Virus record (IMG/VR): IMGVR_UViG_3300035192_000069
Length of the DNA: 52,079 nucleotides
Direction: 5' to 3' (one strand)
Source: a virus
Notes under the pieces: generated by a model
Seen by the model: only the letters and a program-made list of their open reading frames with translations
The model's database searches: none
What the model was told of the DNA's origin: nothing
Shown: positions 44,140 through 51,684 of the stretch, in pieces
How positions within the stretch are numbered: the stretch's first letter is position 1
How the letters are laid out: the number at the start of each line of letters is the position of its first letter
Program-made: the position numbers and the translations under genes

Positions 44140-45794
44140 GCCGCGGCCTCCTCCTCGACCATATCCGTTGGATCAAAGACTCCCATACCGAGCGCTTTCA
44201 TCGCATCGGTGACGTTCTTCTCGCCAAACTCGCGCTGTGCCTCGAGGATGGGACGCATCGCCTTTACCTTCATGCGGTTTTCCTTCTCCAGTTTACGGAT
44301 CGTCTTGTCGAACTTGGAACCAGTGAGCGCCCTTGAGGCGTGGCTGTTTGTCTCCCATCCCTCAGAGACCATTGCCTTGTGAGCATTGACCTCTTTGAGA
44401 ATGTCGACTGATGGCTTGATGGAGCCAATCCAATCGATTGATAGCCAAGCCTGTTTGACGTCATATTGCATCGGGTCGGACAGCGCCTCGAGGAACCCGG
44501 GGGCCTCGATTTTTCCAAGCAGTAGCTCGGATATAAACCACTCCTCGATGAGATTCTGGCAGTGCTGAGAAGCAAACCGTGCCCGTTTCTCGTCGAGCAC
44601 CATAATGAATTCGCGCAGAGCCGCTTGAGATGCCGAGTAGTTGCTGTTGAAACTCAGTAGGAGAATCTCCGGTGGAATCTCCATTGCCCATGAGAGGCCA
44701 GCTACAATGGCCGACTCGAACGACGCGAAATTCACGTCCGTACCATGGACAGAATACGGGACTGGTTCTTCGCCCGGCTGCAACGAACCAAACCATACCC
44801 CTGGCAGGATCCTGCTGACCTCCACGGGCCTCGTTTCGCCCGTCGTGTCATCTGTGACGCTGTCCTTGCGCACGGCTCCGTTACCGATGTGAGGAATCAT
44901 CTTGGCTTCTTGTGCCCGCTTGATGAATCCAATGATCATAGCATTGATCGATGATTTGAGTTGAGCGCTGTCCCTATTTTTCTGGATCTCATTGAGCGGC
45001 TGGATCGCCATGCCAAGCCCGGGCATCCCACGCACGTCGTCCTCGCGCTTGTTCGGACCGTAGACAAGCCAAGCGGTGTGGCGACCCGACCTCGGCCCGT
45101 GCGCAGGCACGTAGACGTAACTGTCGTTGAGAATGTGATCGGTTCCCTGATAGACCCAGAACCCGAGGTGCTTGCCGTTCTTGTCGAGCTTTACACCGTC
45201 GACAATATTTTCGTCCATCGCATGCTCGGGTGGGGTCTGCACACGGTTGCCGGAGACAATCTGAATCTGAGGGAGTCCCGTTGGTTTGTGCTGTCGATTG
45301 ATGACCAGGCAGTCCCCATCGATAAATGCCTCTTGGTAGATTTGGGCTTGTTGCTCTCCATCGATTCGGTATCCCTTGCAATCGATAATGTCTTTCGCCT
45401 TGCCGTAGAGCCGGTAGCGATTCTCCATTTTGTTGGCCCAGTCGACGAGGGAATCCTTTGGCGCGCCGATGACAGATTCTTCTGGCGTAAACTCCGGCTC
45501 CAATCCTTTGTGGATCACATTGGTAACGAGGCGATTTACAATTCCGATAGCATAGGTGTTCGTCCGGAATAGGGCTCCACTTCGGGCTCGAAGTGTCCAG
45601 TAGTCGAGTGACGCGATCTCATCGATTTGGCCGGAAACACCTCCCCAGAAATTCGCCCCATCGTACGTGCCTGTCGGTGGAGAAATGAATTGAGATTGGG
45701 CTTGAATCGGAACCGGTTCGGGTTCTTCAGCTGCTGGCGAATCGGGCCAGATCCAGGGGAGCTCCTCTTCCTCGATGCGGCGGCCCCAGCTCAT
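44136..45794 (-). CDS. Portal protein, lambda family
   Basis: 552 aa. The start MSWGRRIEEE overlaps the gpW stop (ATGA). It sits between the gpW and protease genes. Confidence 0.85.
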   Translation of the reverse strand: MSWGRRIEEEELPWIWPDSPAAEEPEPVPIQAQSQFISPPTGTYDGANFWGGVSGQIDEIASLDYWTLRARSGALFRTNTYAIGIVNRLVTNVIHKGLEPEFTPEESVIGAPKDSLVDWANKMENRYRLYGKAKDIIDCKGYRIDGEQQAQIYQEAFIDGDCLVINRQHKPTGLPQIQIVSGNRVQTPPEHAMDENIVDGVKLDKNGKHLGFWVYQGTDHILNDSYVYVPAHGPRSGRHTAWLVYGPNKREDDVRGMPGLGMAIQPLNEIQKNRDSAQLKSSINAMIIGFIKRAQEAKMIPHIGNGAVRKDSVTDDTTGETRPVEVSRILPGVWFGSLQPGEEPVPYSVHGTDVNFASFESAIVAGLSWAMEIPPEILLLSFNSNYSASQAALREFIMVLDEKRARFASQHCQNLIEEWFISELLLGKIEAPGFLEALSDPMQYDVKQAWLSIDWIGSIKPSVDILKEVNAHKAMVSEGWETNSHASRALTGSKFDKTIRKLEKENRMKVKAMRPILEAQREFGEKNVTDAMKALGMGVFDPTDMVEEEAAA

Positions 45795-46054
45795 GCGGAC
45801 CTCACCAGGCTTGTCCCGCTGCCGTTGAGTCTGGTATCGAGCCAATCCAAGCGGAGATAGAGCTTGTCGAGCTCGACGTTTAGCCGCGATATATCCTTCT
45901 TCGTCACCGTCTGCCGGGTCTGGCCTGTATCAATCGTGTAGCTCTGGAGATTTCCAGTAGACAGCGCAAGAATAGCGTCCTCGATGGCCTCGATGGCCGT
46001 TTTGGTCTTATCGATCCGAGATTGGAGCCATGTTGCGGTTATTGCTGATGCCAT
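45791..46054 (-). CDS. Head-tail joining protein gpW-like
   Basis: 87 aa with the pattern AILALSTGNLQSYTIDTGQTRQTVTKKDISRLNVELDKL, as in lambda W. Confidence 0.65.
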   Translation of the reverse strand: MASAITATWLQSRIDKTKTAIEAIEDAILALSTGNLQSYTIDTGQTRQTVTKKDISRLNVELDKLYLRLDWLDTRLNGSGTSLVRSA

Positions 46055-46194
46055 GTCTCATAGCCCAAAATTGAGACAAAAATGTCTCTCTGAGACAAGT
46101 ATGTCTCATTAGTGTCTCACTGGTCAAGCGAGAATGTATAAAAATGTCTCACTTGTATAATTATATAATAAATACAGCTATTTAGATTGTCTCA
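46054..46194. promoter_or_regulatory. Iteron-like array: 8 copies of TGTCTC(A)/TGAGACA plus an AT-rich block with divergent TATAAT boxes
   Basis: Direct copies lie at 46054, 46083, 46102, 46113, 46145 and 46188. Inverted copies lie at 46072 and 46091. TATAAT lies at 46156-61 (+) and ATTATA at 46160-65 (TATAAT on the minus strand). Confidence 0.7.
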
Positions 46195-46226
46195 AAAAAA
46201 GATTTTGCCTGATTCACTTTTTTGCT

Positions 46227-46246
46227 GGACACATCCGGATGTGTCC
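46227..46246. promoter_or_regulatory. Perfect 20-bp palindrome (operator candidate) upstream of the island
   Basis: GGACACATCCGGATGTGTCC, followed by TATAGT at 46249-54. Confidence 0.6.
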
Positions 46247-46301
46247 GCTATAGTAGGTACAGATGGTCGCAATGAAGCGACCATGAGCAAAGGAGAGACA
46301 G

Positions 46302-46469
46302 ATGACAAACTTAACAGGACACGAAGCCATCGAATTCAAGCGAGCAAACCCAGAAGCCAAGCTCAGCAAATACGCCGATCCTACTGAGGACGCGCGAGAG
46401 GACATCTCGGTAGAGGATGCTGAGGAAATCGCCAGCGAAGACCCCAGTCTTATCTACGTTGCAGACTGA
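46302..46469 (+). CDS. Island gene 1: 55-aa acidic protein (absent from the ORF track)
   Basis: MTNLTGHEAIEFKRANPEAKLSKYADPTEDAREDISVEDAEEIASEDPSLIYVAD, with an AAAGGAGAG SD. Confidence 0.55.
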   Translation: MTNLTGHEAIEFKRANPEAKLSKYADPTEDAREDISVEDAEEIASEDPSLIYVAD

Positions 46470-46512
46470 ACCGACCCCCACCCTGTCCCAGACATCTCGG
46501 GGGTGGGAGTGG
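46467..46512 (+). repeat. Intergenic hairpin element, copy A
   Basis: TGAACCGACCCCCACCCTG, 16 variable nt, then GGTGGGAGTGG. Confidence 0.8.
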
Positions 46513-46542
46513 CGACTGATTCGACCAAAAAAGGAGAGCAAA

Positions 46543-46788
46543 GTGAAAATGCATTACAAAGAAGTATGTGGTATCGATCCGAAATACCCCGAATGGGGAT
46601 ACAACATAGAAGGAAGACTCTTTCTCTTTGAGAAAGAGTCGAGAACATGGAAATTGTTCTCCTATACGGGAGGGTGGCGGGAGTGTTCGGAGCCAGACTG
46701 TACGCTGCTTCCTATTGCTCCACAAGAAGCAATCGATTTTCAGAGGCGCCGACCGGCGCCTAGATTCAGATTTAAATGTGATCGCTGA
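46543..46788 (+). CDS. Island gene 2: hypothetical protein
   Basis: GTG start 6 nt after AAGGAGAG; 81 aa. Confidence 0.5.
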   Translation: MKMHYKEVCGIDPKYPEWGYNIEGRLFLFEKESRTWKLFSYTGGWRECSEPDCTLLPIAPQEAIDFQRRRPAPRFRFKCDR

Positions 46789-46831
46789 ACCGACCCCCAC
46801 CCTGCCCGCCACTATGTGACGGTGGGAGTGG
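46786..46831 (+). repeat. Intergenic hairpin element, copy B
   Basis: Same 19-nt and 11-nt arms as copy A, with a different 16-nt centre. Confidence 0.8.
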
Positions 46832-46862
46832 AGGCCGATTCGGCCAAGACAAGGAGTATAAG

Positions 46863-47258
46863 ATGAATACGAAAAAAACATGGACAAAGAGCGAACTATG
46901 GGCAGCAATGTGTCAATACGAAGGAGAGTTCACGCTCGCACATGCAGAAAGCGTCCTGAAGTATTTTGACTGTGGCGAGTGCCCCGGAAGAGTCGGGGAT
47001 GAGTGTGACACTTGTCCCATAAAGAAGGCGGAGACTGTTAGGGGTAATTATTTGTGGAAAATGGCTGCCGATACTCACCAATATTGCTACAAAACAGACG
47101 GAGAAAGCGGGATAATTCAGGCATCCTCGATTGAGGATGCTCGTGACAAAATGATTATCGAGGCCGGCCTTACGCCGGCAGCAATCAAGAATGGAGCATG
47201 GGGCTGGGTGGAGGATTGCGATGGCGTCCGAATCTACGTCGCCGAAGAAAACATATAG
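46863..47258 (+). CDS. Island gene 3: hypothetical protein with a CxxC..CxxC motif
   Basis: AAGGAG SD; CGECPGRVGDECDTCP. Confidence 0.55.
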   Translation: MNTKKTWTKSELWAAMCQYEGEFTLAHAESVLKYFDCGECPGRVGDECDTCPIKKAETVRGNYLWKMAADTHQYCYKTDGESGIIQASSIEDARDKMIIEAGLTPAAIKNGAWGWVEDCDGVRIYVAEENI

Positions 47259-47292
47259 TGGTCGATTATCGGCCAAGCAAAGGAGTGTAAAG

Positions 47293-47781
47293 ATGGGAGA
47301 ATTATTAGATCAAGTAATGGCCGGAGGGCCGACAGAGTTGGAATTAGATTCTAAGCAACAGCGTGTCGTGGATTGTCTGAAGGAGGACCCATCGGGTTGG
47401 GCTTGGCAATTGTCCAGAGAGCAAATATTAAATCCATTACGAGAGGCGGTGAAAGAAGAACTTCTTTCAGATTCCTCCTGTAAATTAAGCTGTGCATTCT
47501 TAACCTACGATATGTTGATTGAGTCGTGCGCCAGCGAAGACGACTCGGAGTCCTGGGCCCGTAAGTTGATTGCGTGGATGAGTCCGCATTTGACTCAGTT
47601 CCATTTCGGGCCAAAAGGTTGGCACGATGCATTTCGGAGTGCTATTGTCAAGGAGGCCAAGTGGTTGCGAGACCACGAAAAATACCAAAAAGCTGCTCGA
47701 GTTGACAGTCCAGATCTTCCTGTGTGGGAAAACAAGGCGTGCCTTGTACTGGCGGAGCTGTTGGAGGCGGAGACAGTATGA
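47293..47781 (+). CDS. Island gene 4: hypothetical protein
   Basis: AAGGAG SD; 162 aa. Confidence 0.55.
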   Translation: MGELLDQVMAGGPTELELDSKQQRVVDCLKEDPSGWAWQLSREQILNPLREAVKEELLSDSSCKLSCAFLTYDMLIESCASEDDSESWARKLIAWMSPHLTQFHFGPKGWHDAFRSAIVKEAKWLRDHEKYQKAARVDSPDLPVWENKACLVLAELLEAETV

Positions 47782-47851
47782 CAGACTACGTCCGAATGGA
47801 GAAGCGTCACAGAAATCACAGGTTGCCGTGGTCGCGGCCAAGGGGTGAGAG

Positions 47852-48130
47852 ATGAGCACCGACGCGGCCGTGACGGCCGCTCGCCTACTACTCGAAGCGA
47901 ACGTCCCGAGCGGCATCACCCAAGAGCGGATCGACCGGCTCGCCGAGGTGATAAAGGGACTCACCGAAGATGAGCTTTCACGGCTCAGAATCGAGACATG
48001 TGCCCACGGGGGAGGGGACCCGGAGCGATACGGGAAACGGAAGAAGCGCGCCGGGCGGGCTGTCAAGATAGGGACCGCTGGCGTACATCCTGGTGAGAAA
48101 GGCGTCCAGATTTGGGCGGTATGGGCTTAG
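47852..48130 (+). CDS. Island gene 5: hypothetical protein
   Basis: AAGGGGTGAGAG SD; 92 aa; its 3' end overlaps the terL 3' end by 4 bp (convergent). Confidence 0.5.
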   Translation: MSTDAAVTAARLLLEANVPSGITQERIDRLAEVIKGLTEDELSRLRIETCAHGGGDPERYGKRKKRAGRAVKIGTAGVHPGEKGVQIWAVWA

Positions 48131-50118
48131 GCTGCCTCCTTCCAGAACACCCCGCTCTTGCAGTACTGCCAGAACTGGTACCAGTCGATCCCTTCCATCT
48201 GGTGTTCTCTCACACAAATCCACCAGGCAAGAATCTCCACCGAGCAGTGCCCGTAAACCATGAGATCCCAAAGTTCGTTTTGAGCGCCATGGGGACGGTG
48301 CCAATAGTAGGTCACGTAGCCATTGGGCCATTCCTTCTTTCTTCTATATTCCTTGGTCAACTCTTTGAGTTCGTCGTCATCGGTATCAAGTGGCGCGTTG
48401 AAGGTATAGGATGGCTGGGATCCTTCGGACGGGTGCCAATCCCTGCGTAGCACGGGGGCAAGCCGGTCCTTGTAGTGGTCGACCAGGATTCTGTACCCTA
48501 TTGTCCCCGCCTGGGTTGTGAATTCGGCAAATTCCTTGATCGTCTGAGCTTTGGCAGGCCTCTCTCGCCCCATGATTGGGAACACCCAGAATTCCCACTG
48601 CTGACAAAATTCGACGACGATAGAGGTGTTCCAGCTCGAATCGATGAGTGTCATCGACAGGCGGTATTGTTTTCCATTATCCGCCGTCCATACCCCGTTG
48701 TCGATCATATCCTGAAGCCTGCCCCAAGCCGGTGATTTGATTTCCTCGCAGCCATTTTCCGAATCATCCTTGAATCGCTGGTAATCGATCAGCCAACATG
48801 TGAAACTGGCCGTCCATCCCCACACGGCAACGGCCAGATTGTCTTTGTGAACATCCACCGTGCAGGTTAAAAACAGAATCCCGGAGTCGCAGCACTTCTC
48901 GATTTCGCGGTTCGGTATCTGTCCTTTGAAGTAGAAACGGCGCCGGTGAGCCGAAACCGCTTCGAACCGGACTCTTCCGCCAAGGAGCTTAAACGGTACA
49001 CCGAAATGATTGTTGTAAACCGACTGCATCAGGTCGATGTCACGAACCTTGCCAGTCTTCGGGTCGATGGCAGAGACCCAGTCGTTTACAATCTCGTACC
49101 ACGGCCCGAGGCCGGCCGGTGACAGGAAGGACGGAACGTGATAGCTTCGGATATTCGGCTCTACCGGAGTGGCTGTTGGCTCCCAGGAGCAGTTGCCTTT
49201 GTTTATGAATTTCGGCTTGTCGTGTTCGAAGTGTTCGTGATCGCAGTTTTTGCAGTGGTACCGAACCGTATCGGCATCAACTTGACCCTCGGCGTTGTAT
49301 TCCCATTTGAAACCGTACTCCTTGCCGGTCTCCTTGTTGACGCCGTTCCATCTGAGGTGCTGGGGATAGCCACATTTGAGGCAGCGGCACTTGTAGACCC
49401 GCTGGTCGCCGCGTTTGAACTCCCTCTCAATCCGGCTTGTTCCCTCGATCAACGGGGTCGACCCCATCATGATTTTGCGGACTTCCCAAAAGGCTCGCGC
49501 TCGCTTTTTGAACAGCGCGATCTTATCGCCCCCTCCGGTGACCTTGCCGCCCCATGTCTCCGCGTCTATCTCGTCCATGAATATGTACTGCATGGAAAAC
49601 GAGCGGATCTTGCTGATATTATTCGCCCCGTAGGGAATCAGATAGCCGCCGCCCTTCCACTGTAGGTGGTTCTTGGTCTTTCCAGTCTTCCGTAAGTTGC
49701 CGATGTCTGCGGACTGGAAGATGTCCATGTCGGAGTACTGGAACATCGGGATGATGTTCTCCTCCATCCGCTCCCCCATCATTTCCTTGTCCATAGTGGC
49801 GAATAGGACCGGAAGTGTCCGCAGATGTCCGGCGACATAGAAGATCGGCGCCTCAATCCCGAGGGTGGTGTACGCCACTTGAACACCCTTCATAACCGAC
49901 ACCTCCCGGACGGGGGAGCGGATGTCCATGCATTCGAGTATCTCTATCCAATAGGGCGTGAGCGACATGTCGAGGGGGCCACCGAAGCGGGATATGGACG
50001 GGGGGATGTATCGGAATTGCTCGTTGAACTCCACCGGGGAGAGCTCGAGGAGCTCCTCGGTGAACGTTCCGACGTATTCGGATGCCCAGCCTGCTCCAAT
50101 CTGGTCAATCGCGAGCAT
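48127..50118 (-). CDS. terL: Terminase large subunit, lambda GpA family
   Basis: 663 aa. Motifs include VMKGVQVAYTT, FMDEIDA and the zinc-ribbon CRCLKCGYPQHLRW...YHCKNCDHEH, as in lambda A. ATG 50118 overlaps the terS stop. Confidence 0.9.
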   Translation of the reverse strand: MLAIDQIGAGWASEYVGTFTEELLELSPVEFNEQFRYIPPSISRFGGPLDMSLTPYWIEILECMDIRSPVREVSVMKGVQVAYTTLGIEAPIFYVAGHLRTLPVLFATMDKEMMGERMEENIIPMFQYSDMDIFQSADIGNLRKTGKTKNHLQWKGGGYLIPYGANNISKIRSFSMQYIFMDEIDAETWGGKVTGGGDKIALFKKRARAFWEVRKIMMGSTPLIEGTSRIEREFKRGDQRVYKCRCLKCGYPQHLRWNGVNKETGKEYGFKWEYNAEGQVDADTVRYHCKNCDHEHFEHDKPKFINKGNCSWEPTATPVEPNIRSYHVPSFLSPAGLGPWYEIVNDWVSAIDPKTGKVRDIDLMQSVYNNHFGVPFKLLGGRVRFEAVSAHRRRFYFKGQIPNREIEKCCDSGILFLTCTVDVHKDNLAVAVWGWTASFTCWLIDYQRFKDDSENGCEEIKSPAWGRLQDMIDNGVWTADNGKQYRLSMTLIDSSWNTSIVVEFCQQWEFWVFPIMGRERPAKAQTIKEFAEFTTQAGTIGYRILVDHYKDRLAPVLRRDWHPSEGSQPSYTFNAPLDTDDDELKELTKEYRRKKEWPNGYVTYYWHRPHGAQNELWDLMVYGHCSVEILAWWICVREHQMEGIDWYQFWQYCKSGVFWKEAA

Positions 50119-50711
50119 CACGCCTTGGGCACCTGCAGTGCCTTTTTCATCGCGGCCTTGGCCGGGCGGATAAATGCCGTGAGGCGCTTCCGGACCTCCT
50201 CTTCAATCTCTTCGACCGGGGCGCCGCCCTTTATCATGGGATGCACCTTGGCGGCGATGGTCTTGGATCCCTCGGAGAGCAGGCGGACGAACATCGTTTC
50301 AATGGGTACAAAGATACCATTCTTGACGACCTCCCGAGCGACGAGGCGGCGTTCAATTTGGCCGTTCTTGAGCTCGAGGTGGCGAGCTTGGGCGGCGAGC
50401 TTTTGGATCTCGAGAGCGGTCTTGCTCTTCATTCCGGCAGTGATCTCGTCATCGTCCTGGGCCTCGGGAAGGGGTTCCGGTTTCTTCTTTGGGGTGGACT
50501 TCCTGTTTTTCGGCTTCGATTGAGGCGAGGTGGAGGGGGTCGCCGGTTCTGACTTCCGATTTCGGAATTCCAGGTATGACTTGACTTCGGGGGTGCTCAC
50601 GTCGATCCCGCCGTCGGTCTCGGGAATCCTGCCGCGAGCGATGAGCTTCGACACAGTCGATTTGGAAATGCCCGCGAGCTTGGAGAAGTCGCCCTTTGAG
50701 ATAATGCTCAT
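50118..50711 (-). CDS. terS: Terminase small subunit, Nu1-like (N-terminal winged HTH)
   Basis: MSIISKGDFSKLAGISKSTVSKLIARGRIPE; directly upstream of terL. Confidence 0.7.
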   Translation of the reverse strand: MSIISKGDFSKLAGISKSTVSKLIARGRIPETDGGIDVSTPEVKSYLEFRNRKSEPATPSTSPQSKPKNRKSTPKKKPEPLPEAQDDDEITAGMKSKTALEIQKLAAQARHLELKNGQIERRLVAREVVKNGIFVPIETMFVRLLSEGSKTIAAKVHPMIKGGAPVEEIEEEVRKRLTAFIRPAKAAMKKALQVPKA

Positions 50712-50732
50712 ACGTTCAGGATAAGCAAGGAA

Positions 50733-50877
50733 GTTGACAGTGTCAATTTGTCAACTGCACATATGTCAATTTGTCAACCCTGTGTGTCAACTACACTTTT
50801 TGTCTTATTTACTAGACAAGAGAACGGCTCGGTTGACAGCTTTTTTTCAACAGTTGACACCCCTTAAAAATGTCAAC
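50733..50877. promoter_or_regulatory. Array of 9 TGTCAA(C/T)/GTTGACA sites upstream of terS (cosB-like candidate or late promoter region)
   Basis: The 15-bp unit TGTCAATTTGTCAAC occurs at 50741-55 and 50764-78. Single sites lie at 50733, 50785, 50832, 50853 and 50871. Confidence 0.6.
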
Positions 50878-50948
50878 TCGTTTTTTTTACTGGGATTGTG
50901 CGAGAGGCGGCATTCGCATATAAACACGGCACCCCCTCCCCCCATGTG

Positions 50949-51146
50949 TCACAGGACCCGCGAGACAAGGCGCGGTAGCTGCTTGCGCTCCACGGTCTGC
51001 TGAATATCCTCCATCGTGACTTTGCCCGCCACAATGGCAGTTACGACGCGCTGTATCGCCTCTTTGAGATCCTCACTGGCGCGATACTCTTGGAGTTCTC
51101 GAAACTGCTCAAACATGGTGTACTCAGCTGGCCTAGTCATTATCAT
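50949..51146 (-). CDS. Hypothetical protein
   Basis: Start MIMTRPAEY lies 8 nt after AGGAAGG; 65 aa. Confidence 0.45.
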   Translation of the reverse strand: MIMTRPAEYTMFEQFRELQEYRASEDLKEAIQRVVTAIVAGKVTMEDIQQTVERKQLPRLVSRVL

Positions 51147-51360
51147 CTGTCGAACCTTCCTGCTTCGCAGGTCGCCCACCCTCAGCGCCCCACAGTGTAT
51201 ATGAGGTTCTCGGGTTCGACAAGAATTCCCAGGTCGGTATCGGTGTCGGTGCGTTTCAGATGGGAATGCCAGGTAGTCGTCAAACAGTCTACCGATGGGT
51301 GGACGACATCAACGATGACCTCCTGTTTGATATGGAGTGATAGTTGGACTAGACGCATAC

Positions 51361-51397
51361 AAAAAAACCCCTGGTAGCTGACACTTCTAGGGGTTTT
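51361..51397. terminator. Bidirectional Rho-independent terminator
   Basis: AAAAAAA-CCCCTGG-(12 nt)-CTAGGGG-TTTT. Confidence 0.6.
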
Positions 51398-51684
51398 AAA
51401 ATACAGGCAACGTAGCCTAGAAACAATCTTTTTTAAGCTACCACAGACTTTGCCTTTTCGCAACATCAACGCACGTTTCAGGGTCTGGAAACAGCACGTA
51501 GATAGCTCGTTCAGGCTATCAGAAAGGAATGGTGCACCATGCACAAAGGCAGATTCCGGTTTCGACTGCGGATTACACAATCTTACACAGCGCCCTGGAG
51601 AACCGATCAAAACCAGGGTCTCCCGTGGGCAGACTCTCCAGAAACATCTTCCGCTTCTTCTTTCTCAGTCGCTTACGCATTCGC

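Noticed and set aside
46054-46194. CRISPR-like array (also considered for 50733-50877)
   Set aside because: The repeat units are only 6-8 bp, occur in both orientations and have irregular 2-30-bp spacing. No cas genes are present. This fits protein-binding sites, not CRISPR repeats.
46467-46865. Integron attC-type cassette recombination sites
   Set aside because: The elements follow stop codons and have conserved arms around a variable centre. However, the RYYYAAC/GTTRRRY core pair is not present (only RYYGAAC at the 5' end, with no matching 3' core). No IntI-type integrase lies nearby.
51182-51610. 142-aa minus-strand ORF
   Set aside because: It reads straight through the bidirectional terminator hairpin (51361-97). 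It has no SD at any in-frame start and has odd composition.
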